DNA of 63,683 nucleotides from Mustelus asterias (Eukaryota), in the NCBI RefSeq assembly GCF_964213995.1, contig NW_027592091.1, forward strand, positions 1-63,683, written 5' to 3'. The notes under the pieces are model-generated. The model was not told the DNA's origin. It saw only the letters and a list, made by a program, of their open reading frames with translations, and made no database searches. The position numbers and the translations under genes are program-made. Positions 1 to 12,711 of the stretch are shown here, piece by piece; the stretch's first letter is position 1; each line of letters begins with the position of its first letter.

Positions 1-572
1 GGAGATGGATTTCCTGAGAAAAGAGATGTTTCCAGGAACATTCTGAGGCAAGTATAAAGTTTATTTATTAGTCACAAGTAGGCTTACATTCACACTGAAA
101 TTAAGTTACTGTGAAAATCCCCGAGTCTCCACACTCCAACGCCTGTTCAGAATCTCCTCAATGATATTGAATCTGGAAGATCAATCTATGGAACCATACC
201 CCTTCCCCCTCCACCGCCCCCACCCGCTGCTGTGATGTTTGATAAGAACCCTGCTGATGTTAAATGCGAGGCATCCCAAAATCAAAAAAAGGTATTTTGG
301 GACATTGGTTCTTAGTTGTGTATGTTTTCAATTTGATATAATATGAAAAGAGATATGCAAAATATTGAAACTATCGAATTGGAACTTCCGACATTGTTAC
401 AACAACATTAACTGTTTCCCCTCACGGCCATCACCTCCCACGCTGTGTAAGGGGCCAATATTGTAGCGAATTCTCGTCTCTCTAAAAATCAACTTGACTG
501 ATTCGCTGAAGCTGCTCTGACGTAATGAATTGGAGATCAAAGGGTCTGTGAGCTGATTGGATGAATTGGCCA

Positions 573-682
573 TGATGTGGAGTTGCCTGCGTTGGACTGG
601 GGTAGGCACAATGAGTAGTCTCACAACACCAGGTTAAAATTGGTAGCACGAGCTTTCGGAGCGCTGCGCCTTCATCAGGTGA
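573..682 (-). mobile_element. Penelope-associated terminal repeat fragment with minimal hammerhead-like core
   Basis: Same family as 36714-36895, 44030-44180 and 56242-56405. Minus strand reads CAC-CTGATGA-A-GGCGC-AGC-GCTCC-GAAA-GCTC-GTG. Confidence 0.6.
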
Positions 683-2158
683 CGGATGAATTGGAGAACA
701 GGAGGCCGTGGAGCTGATGAGACGTCACCAGTTGATTCTTTCAGGAATGAACCAATCGCTGGAGAGACCGGATATATATGAATATCTTCACAGAAACAAT
801 TACAGGTTCACCCATTCTGTTTAATTCCGCAATAAACTTGCTGCAAACATGTAGGGTCTCGTTTGTATTAAGTTCTCACTGTTTCAGCTCTCTTACTTGC
901 TCAGTCAGCAATTTACACAATCTTCCTCTTGCAAGCAACTTCGACATTAATTTAATTTCGCTTTGTTGCAAATTACAATGTGATCCGTTCCCTAATGCTA
1001 TTATTTACAATCAAATGATAATGACATCTTAACGCTTGATGTTTCTAAATTTCTGCAGGTGTCATTGCTGCAGACTCGATCTCACAGGAGCCGGTGAGAG
1101 CGATGTTTTCTGTAAAATAAGAAATGCTGATTTTTTTTGACGCACTGAAAGGAAAGAAACGTTTCGATTTTGACACCGTGCGCATATTCGCATCTCGTTC
1201 AGTCTGCAGCAGAATTGAATGGGTTTATAGGTGCAGACTAACATAGTTAATCACCACCTGAAGCATGTCTCATAGTAGTGTGTGCTCAAAAAGACAGACA
1301 CAAGTGATACTGCAAGTGGACGAGAGGAAATGGCGCATATTTCCCAGAATATTTTTTTTAAAATCGTTCGTCATAAAAAAGAAATAGGAAAAAAACACTC
1401 AGCCAGATGAGGAAATCGAGACTCAGCGCGGAAATACTGGACTTTCCTGTAGATGGCCGGAATTTATACACCTGAATGTTTCAGGCCCAAAATAAAAAAG
1501 GCCAAGTGTAACTAACAGATATGTTTTCAACCTCTTCCATTTAAATGTTGTTGACTTTGTTTAAACGCTGACTATAGTCAATCTCAAAATTGCGATCTCT
1601 ATTATCCGGTGACTCGATTCCTTCTGTTGGTCAGTTATGTTTGCAATTCAGTGATATTCAATTTCAGAGATATTCAATTCATAATGAAGACATATGTGTT
1701 AAATAATGCATTGATATTAAATATTGAAACAAATACTGAGTACAATTGTACAATGAGCTTTGATAAAGTGCCATCTGGATCTGAAACGTCAGCTCCTTTC
1801 TCTCCTCACAGATGCTGCCAGACCACGTGAGATTTTCCAGCATTTTCTCTTTTGTTTTCTGATTCCAGCATCCTCAGTAATTTGCTTTTATTAATGAGCA
1901 CAATCGGTTGAGAATTTTCAATGGACGATGAGAATGGATGCATTAATGAATGAGCAGAAATCATTGGTCCCGTAGATATTTGCCAAACGAACGCTTTTAA
2001 ATTTTGAAGTTCAAGATAATGCGAGCAATCAGATTGAAAGTAACGGTTTTCTTCCTGAAACAAGTGACATGGGCTCTCAGTCAAACCATTGGAACCTGCA
2101 GAAACACAGCGCAGTTAACATTGCAGATAGATAGATTTGCTGGAGTTTGCTGCCAGCT

Positions 2159-2214
2159 GTTTCTATAGTGGTTATCACGTTCGCCTCACACGCAAAAGGT
2201 CCCCGGGGGGAAAC
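2159..2214 (+). pseudogene. tRNA-Val(CAC) pseudogene
   Basis: TAGTGGTTATCACGTTCGCCTCACACGCAAAAGGTCCCCGG matches vertebrate tRNA-Val(CAC). It has a 5' deletion and the T-arm is deleted. Confidence 0.85.
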
Positions 2215-3360
2215 GTTCATTAAGTTTTCTCATGTCGGGTGAAGAAATCTGCATGATTTCAGTTCGTTGCTCAACATTATCCGAACTTTGATGTGACAGC
2301 CAAATTATTTTTGCTCTAACCTGAGCCTCAAATGCTTTCTGTAAAATAAGAAATGCTGATATCTCTTGACGCACTGACAGGAAAGAAACCTTTCGACTTT
2401 GACAACGTGTACATATTCGCATGTCGTTCAGTCTACAACCGAATTTAATGGGTCTATCAGTGCAGAATGACATAATCACCATCTGGAACATGACAAATAG
2501 TAGTGTGTGCTCAAAAAGACAGACACAAGTGATACTGTAAGTAAACCAGAGGAAATGGCGCACATTTCCCAGAAGAGTTTTTATATCGTTCTTCATAGCA
2601 AAAAATTGGAAAAGCCACTGAGACAGATGAGGAAATCGAGACTCAGTGCGGATCTACTGGACTTTCCCATAGATGGCCGGAATTCATGCGTCTGAATGTT
2701 TCGCGCCCATGACAAAAAAAGGCTCAAGTGTAACTAAGAGATAATTCTTCAATCCCTTCCATTTAAATGTAATTGACTTTGTTTAAAAGCTGACTATGGT
2801 CATTCTCAAAATTGCGATCTGTATTACCCGGTGACTCGATTCATTTGGTGGTCAGTTATGTTTGCAATTGAGTGATATTCAATTTCAGAGATATTCAATT
2901 CATCATGAAGACGTGTGTTAAATAATGCGTTGATACTAAATATTGAAACAAATACTGAGTACAATTGTACAATGAGCGTTGATGAAGTGTCATCTGGACA
3001 CGAAACGTCAGCTCCTTTCTCTTCTTACAGATGCTTGTGAGGTTTTCCAGCATTTCCTCTTTTGGTTTCAGATTCCAGCATCCTCAGTAATTTGCTTTTA
3101 TTACTGAGTACAATTGGTTGAGATTATTCGAAGAAAGATGAAAATTAATGAATGAGCCGAAATCTTTGCTCCCTTAGAAAAATGATGGACGAACGCTTTT
3201 AAACTTTGACGTTAAAGTTAAGTTGAGCAATCAGGTTGAAAGTAACGGTTGTCTGCCGATTTAAGTGACATTGGCACTCAGTCGAACCATTGGAATCTGC
3301 AGCAACACAGCGCAGTTGAACATTGCAGACAGGCCCATTTGTTTTAAGCTGTTGCCAGCT

Positions 3361-3421
3361 GTTTCTGTATTGTAGTGGTTATCACGTTCGCCTCACATGC
3401 GAAAGGGCCGCGGTTCGAAAC
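3361..3421 (+). pseudogene. tRNA-Val(CAC) pseudogene, 3' acceptor strand missing
   Basis: GTTTCTGTATTGTAGTGGTTATCACGTTCGCCTCACATGCGAAAGGGCCGCGGTTCGAAAC; A and B boxes are retained. Confidence 0.85.
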
Positions 3422-4914
3422 ATTCCTTAAACTTTTTCATGTCGAGTGGGCAAAATCCGTATGATTGCAGTTCGTTGCTCAAAATTATCCGAATCTCGAT
3501 GTTAGAACCATATTATCTTTGCTCTGACCTCGGCAAATATTAACCGTAAAATAATTAATGCTGATAGTTTTTTGACAGACTCATTGTACAACAGAATTTA
3601 ATGGGATTATAGGTGCAGACTAACATCGTGAATCACCATCTGAAACTTTTCTAATAGAAGACTGACACAAGTGATATTGTAAGTGATCTATGGGAAATGG
3701 CGCATATTTGCCAGAAGATTCTTTTTTTAAAATCGTTCTTCACAACAAAGAAATAGGGGGGGGAAACACTCAGGCATATGAGGGAATCGAGACTCATTGC
3801 GGATCTACTGAACTTTCCTATAAAAGTGCATCACCCACCCTCCACCTCAACAGTGGAACTAAATGAGCCAAAACCTGAAATGTGAACTTGAATGTATATC
3901 TGTGCGACCGATGAGCGGAAATGGCAACTTAGATGACAGAATGACAGGTTTTCTGACAGATGTCACTTTCCATCAGCCCTCCAATCAAAATCACTAAAAT
4001 CGATGACCTGATTATCACTTTGTTCTTTGTGGAGTTTGAAGCGCACCTATTAACTGCCAAGACTCCTATATTAAGACAGTGATGAAAATTCGAAGACTTC
4101 TTTGGGTGTAAAGTTCTTTGTGAAGTCCTGATGTCATGAACGGCGGTATATAAATGGAAGTCTTCCTTTATTGCCTTTGAGAGACAGCGTGCGAATCAGA
4201 ATCAGAAGATGCGATGGAAACGTTTACACTGAGTGCATTTTAACCGTTACATCAAACTCAATATCAGGAGTTTCTTACTCAGTATCTTTCGGAATCTGTA
4301 CATCTTCGTGTCACTCTATAGCTCTTCACCTCGACAACCCTATCTCTGAACTTATTGTGTCCCTCACCATGTCTCTGCACCGGGAAGGAAGATAGTGGAA
4401 GAAATATGCAGACAAATTATGCAACAATAGTAATGGAGATTTATATTGTCTCGTATTAATTCTATGCAAGAAGTCGGTAAAGGAGGTAACCGAATAGCTT
4501 CTACGATTGGTTTCAGATGCTTATATAATCCGAAATGTTGGAAGAAACACCAACAAGGGAAGATTTGCTATTGTATCTTGTAGTCGGGAAGAAAGCAGAT
4601 CAGATCCGAGAAATAACTGGAGGGGAACGTTCAGCAATACAGATCATACTTCCTCATTAAGAGGTTCGAGATGAGTAAGTGTTTGACGGAAATCAGCTAA
4701 CCACTTGATTCAGTGACAGGTATCCTGAATGGTACACAGTGAACCAGAATGTTTGAGTGATTCAGGTAGATGACTGAAAATTCAATAAATAAACTCTCAT
4801 GTCTGTTTGAGCTACATTGCTGGAAGTAAGCTTACCAGCGCTGCTCCAATTACGTTTGCATAAGGAATATGGAGTTTAGGGAATGCAGTTGATAAAAAGA
4901 TCAATAATTGTCTT

Positions 4915-5226
4915 CGAATCCATACAGTGTAAAAGGAGGCCATCAGGCTCTTCGAGTCTGCAGTGACTCTCCGACAGAGTATATTTTCCTGGTCCTCTCC
5001 TGCTCCATCACCGTAACCCCACAGATTTCTCGTGGCGATTTATTCTAACCCACAAATATTTGACAAGTTGGCATGCTAAACGCATCTAACCTGCACATCA
5101 TTGAACTGTCGGAGGAAAGGGGCACCCCACACAGACACTGGGAGCATCTGCAAACTCCACGTAGCCTGGAACTGAACCCGGATTCCTGGAATTATGAGGC
5201 AGCAGTGCTAACCACTGTGACACCAC
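4915..5226 (-). mobile_element. HE1-type tRNA-derived SINE
   Basis: Reverse complement of ACAGTGGTTAGCACTGCTGCCTCA head, conserved core and CR1-like tail. Confidence 0.8.
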
Positions 5227-5744
5227 TGTACCACTTAATGACAGCCAAGAACGCACGATGGGGTGAATGGCCCATCGCACGATCTGCAGATGTTATGGAT
5301 TTACAGGATTCCCTTGGTGGTTTACACACTTCGCTGTGCGGATGTGAGCAGTGAGGATAAGGTGGTGCTGCTCCATTGGATGACTGTTGATAAAACGCGA
5401 AATGCAGCCATGATCTGCTCCGCTACTTTTACTTTCACCGTCTTTGCCCGGGTGCAGACAGCAGCGGAATGAATCGCTTCAGCAATTGCTGATGGCGAGT
5501 AGTGGGGCTGATCAACAAGGAAGGATCACTGCTTAAATCTGGTGAACATTATCCATTTCCAAACAATCCAAGAGCAGAGAACACACGTGATCTTAAATGT
5601 ATGTCGCTAACTTCAGCTATCTGCTTCTTATTTACACCGCCATTCACATGGTCTCTGGTAATGACGGATTCATTAAATGAGACAAATAGAAAGGACACAT
5701 TGATTTTCAGGTATGAATGTGAAAACTCCGCAACGACGGTAAGT

Positions 5745-5760
5745 CACGCCACCTGCTGGT
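5745..5760 (-). promoter_or_regulatory. CTCF-like motif
   Basis: Minus strand ACCAGCAGGTGGCGTG matches the core CCASYAGRKGGCR. Confidence 0.6.
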
Positions 5761-6156
5761 GGTTTCGGGTAGCTTTGTTTGTCGAGTTTGTCAAACTCTG
5801 TTGTCACCGCTTGAATTATTTGAATTAATTTCCAGTCATTTGATAGCGATAAGGAGGTTTACAAAAAATGAGAGGTTGGTATAACAGAGAGACGGAAGCA
5901 ATGAGACAGAGTTATGAGGAAAGTCGTATAAGACACAGAAGGAACCAGAAAATGCGATTCTTTACAGCTCTCATTTATTGGCGGGGAATATCCATCAGTT
6001 CCGGCAGAGTAGCCAATCCTGTCTCTGGGAAATGCCCCTCAGTTCCTCAAAAAATAAAACCAGATTATAACAGGGGCTACCCTTTACACTGGATTGGAAT
6101 CACCGGCAGAATTAGAGCATTTTGTTACTTCGTATCGAGATGTATACCCGGAAACC

Positions 6157-6611
6157 ATGTGTTCTCCATGCTCCTTACTGATTATAATGATCTTGCTGCC
6201 CGGCGGGTCCATTATTAAATGGTAACCATGTCATCCAGTGGTTATTTTTAAACCCTGACTTTTGAACCAATCTGTATTTGTGTGACATGAATGAGTGGCA
6301 AAACTTCAGTGTTCCAGGCTCATTTCGAATTGACAATTCGGGAAGGACAGTGTGGACTGGACTGCCGTTACTTGATAATCTACACTACCCCAGCTCTCCT
6401 CTGGTACATGCAGTTTTCCGGGGAAGCCCCGAGATATTTGCTGAAGAAATATAGCTTAGGGGGTGAACAAAGGTCCCCAAACCGAGGTTCTCTGCAGATT
6501 TGCTGAAGGGAAACAAAACAGTTCCTTTATATCTTCTGTCGAATAGTGCCGTGTATTTCCGTGCGATGGAGCACACATAGATACATGGAGCGGATCCAGT
6601 AGACGAAACTC
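6157..6611 (+). pseudogene. TCR alpha/delta V pseudogene in inverted orientation
   Basis: 46-nt leader 6157-6202 (MCSPCSLLIIMILLP) with GC donor; acceptor mutated to CAT (6286-6288). V-like SVFQ..ELTIREGQ..LDC..LLWY..GEAPRYLL, frameshift, then RFSADLLKGNKTVPL..SAVYFRAM (second Cys lost). Degenerate RSS ~6572-6611. Confidence 0.8.
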
Positions 6612-7764
6612 CCCAGAATTGGAGTTCCAGTTGGTGGCCAGAGGATGGCGCTGTCACACCAATAAATAGGGACAAGAATTAAACTCAGTGAGAGTCACAG
6701 GAATCTTCCGAAAAGAACAAAATATAATCCCCCATAAGAAGAGGTGAAGGACACGTTCGGAATTGTATTAGTTGGTTTTAACTCGCGTTCATAATTAAAC
6801 TCGCCTTTATAAATCTATTTGATCTATTTCGTTCACTTAGTGTTTTGAAGCTGTTTCCGTGCCTCTCTGTAACATTAAACAACTCTTCCTCATCTCCCCT
6901 TATAGATTTCTGGAGCCTTTGGCCCAAGACCAGTTCTCTGGTTTTTTTGATCAGACTGTGCTGTTGCGTAAGAAACAATTTATGAAAAATGAACAGATTT
7001 CAGAACTCATTGACTTTGATCATTCAATTGAATTTCACAATGTTTCCCAAACAGTATTCAAATATTCATCTGATTTACAGAATCAAGGAGCAGCGACAAA
7101 CAGTTGAACAAGCCAGATATGATAAGAAGTTTAATGCTACCCTGGTATCAGGTGAAGACAGTCAGGGAGATGTGGAAATTGGCTGCTCGGATTTGTTTGA
7201 GAAATCAAAGTCACAACATTATGAAATGTGTTCAGGGTGTGCAAGCTGTCTGGAATGTAGCAATATTGATCAAATAAACGCTATGAACAGCTCACCCTCA
7301 AAGGCCCAGAAACTGAAAAGGGAGATGGAGCGAGTGGTGTTCAATATGGTAAGCAGGCATGGAAAAATAAGGAAAGGACAAATAGGGACTTCGGGATCAG
7401 AGGACGTCACACAAACATGGAGAACTGTCCGTCTGCTGTGTGTGTGGCGCTTCACGGCCAGGTTTGACGGATGTTTGGGATTTTATCACCCAGGTCTGAT
7501 TTTAGAGGAATACAGAGTTGATTAGCAGCAGAAGGGACGATTTAATTGACACATTCATTATGTGATGGACTTGTCGGCCTAAAACGGTTCTGCAGTTTGT
7601 TTTCTCGGCCTCTCCTGGAAACAGTTCGGTGACAGTTGATCCGAGGTGAATATGGTTTCCTGTCGGTTTGTGTTTGAGCGGCTGACAGCGCCGCTGCTCA
7701 TTGTGGCTGCATCTGCCAGAAGTTCTATACAGCAGCGAGGAGCTCTGACTTATCCTGCTGAGAC

Positions 7765-7803
7765 AGTTTTTGTACAGGAGTCAGGCTGCTTTCCATCACT
7801 GTG
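7765..7803 (-). promoter_or_regulatory. 23-bp spacer recombination signal sequence
   Basis: CACAGTG-atggaaagcagcctgactcctgt (23 bp)-ACAAAAACT directly after YYCAFSL. Confidence 0.97.
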
Positions 7804-8262
7804 AGGCTGAAAGCGCAGTAATACACGGCCGCGTCAGACAACTGCAGATCCGAGATAGTCAAACTGATGGATTTCTTCGGGGTTTGGAGGTCAGTCGAGA
7901 AACGGATTTTAGCAAAATCTGCTTTATCTTCATTACCCCTAGAGTACTTCCACAGTATGTACTCGGGCTGGGAGTCTGGATGCTGTCGGTACCAGTATAA
8001 ATAATAGTAGGTTTCTGCAGTATCATAGTTGCAGTTTAATGTCACCGCGTCTCCTTCTGTCTTAACATCTGAGGACAGCGACTGAGTGACAGAATCTCCA
8101 TGGCTCAGACCTGGAAAATATGTTCAAATAGATAAAGAATAGAGTGACGTGTACTCAACAGTAAGATTCAACCCAAGTTTTGGAAATGAGAAAACAAACG
8201 TGATGTCCAGATATACCTGTTAGAAATGCCCCCCACACAATCCAGATGCCGAGTACCCGCAT
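7804..8262 (-). CDS. T-cell receptor alpha/delta V gene segment, intact (leader 8217-8262, V exon 7804-8110)
   Basis: Leader MRVLGIWIVWGAFLT, GT-AG phase-1 intron of 106 nt, then GLSHGDSVTQ..VTLNC..LYWYRQ..DFAKIRFS..LTISDLQLSDAAVYYCAF and a 23-RSS. Confidence 0.95.
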
Positions 8263-9837
8263 TGTCTCTGTCCGCTCTGTAAAGGAGGAATCGGATATTT
8301 GAAGACACCCATTCTAATCCCCACCCTTAATAATCTGATGACGAGTCTCAGAATGCTCACGCGTCAGTTCCGTGTCTCGCCAGTGGCTCCGTGAGATTGA
8401 TAATTGCTCAGATGACTGTTAGTGAATGGAAGCTCTCCAACTTGTCCTCCATTCGGTGTCCCTGTTGGGCGAATTGTTCCGCTTTGGAAACGGGATGTCA
8501 AGAAAAAAAAACTTCATTTTGTTATTGGAACGGAGGAGCAAGGAGTGTTGATTGATTTGGTGGATTTCCAATCAATGTTCTGTGCACATTCTCTAAGCTT
8601 TCGCATCCGAGCATTAGTGCCTGAGACTCCAGTGAGAGTCCAGAGAACGGTGGAGGCTGAGGGCCACAGAATAATTTTAAAGCTGAGTGAAACCAACATT
8701 TTAACTAAAATTTATGCCACGGTTCAAGAAGATCAAGGCAGCAAAGTGGATTTAAACAGAAGATCAGATGAACTGTAATCTGACTGAATGGTAGAGCAGA
8801 TTTGCAGGCAGCCTAATTTTTGTGTTCGAATGTTCAGATATCAGTGGATGGGCTGTGAGATACTTTGCAATCTTCGTTGTTTTACTAAAGGAACAGGGAA
8901 GTCGATCAGTGAGCTCTAGTTGCCTGTTTATTGTTCCTGAGATAATGTAAAAAGTGTACTGTGGATGTTGTACTGAAACTTGACCGTGCCTGAAATCAGC
9001 AGGATTAGGATATCAAATGGTTATAGTGCAGCTAATTATGACATTGCCTTTTCTTCAAAGGTCCACTCAGGGACAACAAGATGCACTTGGTAGTTGTGGC
9101 CCCATCTCATATAATATACTGGGAAGTGTCAACTTCAAGAACTTCCGCTTTTTTAACTTAATCATTGTCAACATGGGGTCACTGGAAAAGTAATTCACGG
9201 ACCCAGAATGATGCTCTGGGAAAAGTAGTTCAATCCCATCATATCAACTGGTTACATTTAAATTCGATTTACGAGAAAAGTAGTCAAAATTCTACCCCAG
9301 CAGCTGGTTAAATTTAAATGTGATTAATTGATATTGAAAGCTACTCGCAATGATCGTTCCGAACGCTATCACTGCAAATCCACCTGGTTCACTAATGCAC
9401 TTTGTGGAAGGAAATCTGCCTTCCTAGCCTAGCCTGATCTGTGTGTGACTACAGAACAACTGTAGTCACATAACTAACTCTCAAATAGCCCAGCCCGTTT
9501 CGAGGACAATTAGTGATCGACAAAATCTTGGACTTGTGACCGACACCCAATCAATATTTTTCTTTAAAAAGAGTAGTCATCATTTGATTAATAGTAATAC
9601 CTAAATTACAGCAGTCAGGAGAACAGCATATTCTTTACTTTTAATTGGGAAGGAAACGCTAAGTGAAAAAGTGATATATTGACGAGCAGAGGTCCTTCTC
9701 CCGAATCAGTAACGTTGCAGCTCAGGAAATATTCTCCTGGAGTGGAAACACAGATTCACGCCCCCACAACGCTCATAGATCCACCCGCATTTCTGATACA
9801 ACCAGTGCCAAACAAGTAAATCAACAGAAATCTCTTC

Positions 9838-10130
9838 ATAGAATCCCTACAGTGCCGAAGGAGGCCATTCAGCCCATTAAGCTTGCACCGACAACAGTCA
9901 CACCAAGGCCCTATCCCCGTAACCCCACGTGTTAATCTCCTAATCCCCCTAACACTAAGGGACATGACTATTCCACCTAACCTGCACATTTTTGGACTGT
10001 GGGAGGAAACGCACGCAGAGACGGGGGAAGGTGAAAACCCCAAACAGACAGTTACCCAAGGCCGGAATTGAACCTGGGCCCCCTTTGCTATGAGGCAGGA
10101 GTGCCAGCCATTGTGCCACCGTGTCGCCCA
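9838..10130 (-). mobile_element. HE1-type SINE
   Basis: Head, core and catagaatccctacagtg tail are recognisable. Confidence 0.85.
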
Positions 10131-10262
10131 TTTACTAATACAGGATACATGAGGTGAGAGCAGAAAAATGGGACTGCGTGGTTACTGCCAATAGCAGCGA
10201 TATGCGAATGGTGCCAGAGGTTTTGCCGCCATCATGTCAAGTTGGGAGAAATATGTGACGAC

Positions 10263-10277
10263 TGCGCCCTCTGGCGG
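10263..10277 (-). promoter_or_regulatory. CTCF-like motif
   Basis: Minus strand CCGCCAGAGGGCGCA. Confidence 0.6.
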
Positions 10278-10609
10278 TGACTCAGGTTAAGTGACGCTGT
10301 CCGCAAGTGCAAGGTTGTCGATGGGCCGTCTCCAGCGGGCTTTTACTGAGGGACGTGTTTTCAAACAATGCAACTATATAAATAGACGTGAGTGAAATAT
10401 GAGTAACTTGAAAGAACAATGCATTCAGGGTCATTTCTGAATCTCTTCCTTTCTGTCTTTCTCACAGCTTTTGGCTTTGTATTTCGCACTCGTAATGTCT
10501 CACTTTCCTTCAATTCTCCTTTCATACTTTTCTGATTTGTTGTCCTCTGCCCGTAATCTTAAACCGAAAACCAATTCCAGGATTTTGACGCAAGGGAGCG
10601 GCGTTACGT

Positions 10610-10946
10610 AGAGCACAGTGGTTAGCACTGCTGCTTCACAGCTCCAGGGACCTGGGTTCGATTCCCAGCTTGGGTCACTGTCTGTGTGGAGTTTGCACAT
10701 TCTCCTCGTGTCTGCGTGGGTTTCCTCCGGGTGCTCCGGTTTCCTCCCACAGTCCAAAGATGTGCGGGTTAGGTTGATTGGCTATGCTAACTTTGCCCCT
10801 TAGTGTCCTGAGATGCGTAGGTTAGAGGGATTAGCGGGTAAAATTAGCAGGGAAATGGGGTTGGGCTTTGGTGCGATTGTGGTCGGTGCAGACTCGATGG
10901 GCCAACTGTTCTCTTTCTGCACTGTAGTGTTTCGATGATTCTATGA
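10610..10946 (+). mobile_element. HE1-type SINE
   Basis: GCACAGTGGTTAGCACTGCTGC..GGTTCGATTCCC (A/B boxes) through to the attctatga tail. Confidence 0.9.
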
Positions 10947-11614
10947 TATGGTTCAAAATGAGGATGGTGTGCGGCTTGAAGGGGTGTTCTCATGCAGCTG
11001 TTCCTCTTATCCTTCTAGATGGAAGAGATTCCGGGTTCGCAAGGTGCTGTCGAAGCAGGCTTGACGGATTAATATAATCACAATGTAAAGTATATGCATT
11101 AACTTCTAGTGTAGGATTGTGGTTTTGTTGGTTAACAGATAAGGAACTGTGGACGCCGTTATTTTTAAGCAGATTTGTTTATTGATGAGAAACGTTGTGC
11201 AAACATTGCTGCCCAGTCTGCCCAGAGACATTGGAATGCAATGAATTATAGAGTCCACTCTCTAGGCCTCTTGTGCCATCCACCTCCTGATCTTCCAGTT
11301 ACCATGCCCTAAGAGGGCATTGGTGACCATGAATGTCCTTATCATTCTGTGACTGTTTATTTCAAATTATTCCAGCGGATTGCCATTGACCTCTGCAGTA
11401 TTGTTGACCAGGCATCTGTTCCGTTCCCATCACCTGCCATCAGGAATACTGAAAGGGTTTACACGGCACACAACCCCAGAATAGAGGGACGACACTATAG
11501 AACCGATTTGACTTTAATGTCTCTTTCCCGGGTGACTGTTTGCGTGCCAGGCAACCATCTTATGTGTACCCATCTGTATATGGGTACACATAAGATGGGA
11601 CTTAATAGACATTA

Positions 11615-12205
11615 AACCCCCACCCCATCAACATCCTGGGAGTTGACAGAAAACTGGACCCAGGAATATAAATACAGTGGCTACCAGAGCTGATCAAAGG
11701 TTAGGAATCCTGCGGCGAGTAACTCACCTCCTGACTCCCCAAAGCCTGTCCACCATCTACAAGGTACAAGTCAGGAGTGAGATGGAATACCCTCTACTTG
11801 CTTGGATGAGTGTAGCTGCAACCACACTCAAGAGGCTCGACAGAATGCAGGACAAATCAGCCCGCTTGATTGCTACCCATTGCATGAACATTCATTCCTG
11901 CCACCACAGACGAACAGTGACAGCCGTGTGCACCATCTGCAGGATACACTGCAGCAACTCACCAAGGTTTTTTTAGGCAGCACAATCCAAACACACGAAC
12001 ACTGCCATCTAGGAGAAGAAGGGCAGCGGGGCACATGGGAACACCACAACCTCGAGGTTCCCTTCCAAGTTATTCTACATCCCTACATGGAAATATATCG
12101 TTGTTCCTTCACGGTCACTGTGCCAAATCACTGGAACTCCCTCACTAACAGCACAGTGTGTGTACCTGCACATCAGGGACCATAAGAAGGCAGTTCACCA
12201 CCACA
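11615..12205 (+). mobile_element. CR1/L2-group LINE 3' fragment
   Basis: ATRADQRLGILRRVTHLLTPQSLSTIYK.QVRS.MEY is a post-RT LINE motif. A related copy lies at ~53240-53530 (-). Confidence 0.75.
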
Positions 12206-12672
12206 CAATACACCAATGTCAGCTGTGGGAATAGACTATCTTCGTGCTGCGAGGTGAGTCTCTGTGAGTCCCGGATTTATAATAATAGTCGTGTTGCTAA
12301 GTGAGTCTGTGTGGAGGTTATTGTGCATTTCATTTGTTATGAACTTCAGCAGACTTTGATCCATTCTGCATTGAGTTATCGGACGAATGCCGAGGAGTCG
12401 GTGTCCGTGGGCTCATCTGAGTTAACAATTCTGGATGAACAGCCGGTAATTTTCTGCTATATTACCCCCACTTCTGAGCGCATCCTTCAGCTGATAGCTC
12501 GATACTCCTGGTATCTGCTTACTATATAAGTCGCGGCATGGGGTTTAGTCTCGAGATTTACCAAAGTGCTTCTATGATGATTTGAACAAGGTCAAATTGT
12601 CTGGTAAATAGAATCGCCGCCTTCGTGAACACGTGATCAAAACATCTTCATGGAGTTGTAAATACGCGCTGA

Positions 12673-12711
12673 GGTTTTTGTACGGGGTTTCAGCTGTAAT
12701 CTAACGCTGTG
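12673..12711 (-). promoter_or_regulatory. 23-bp spacer recombination signal sequence
   Basis: CACAGCG-ttagattacagctgaaaccccgt (23 bp)-ACAAAAACC after YYCAVR. Confidence 0.95.

Larger units (their letters stand above)
1100..3822 (+). repeat. ~1.2 kb tandem segmental repeat (~2.2 units) carrying tRNA-Val pseudogenes
   Basis: gtaaaataa..aatgctgat recurs at ~1112, ~2341 and ~3546; gaaatcgagactca..gcgga recurs at ~1412, ~2632 and ~3784. Confidence 0.9.

Noticed and set aside
4736-4780. Isolated CACAGTG heptamer (also at 32362 and in SINE heads)
   Set aside because: No nonamer at 12 or 23 bp and no adjacent gene segment.
6989-7525. 178-aa ORF
   Set aside because: No recognisable domain or splice structure.
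10500-10803. Short ORFs such as MVSTAASQ and MDCGRKPEHPEETH recurring across the window
   Set aside because: Spurious translations of HE1 SINE copies.
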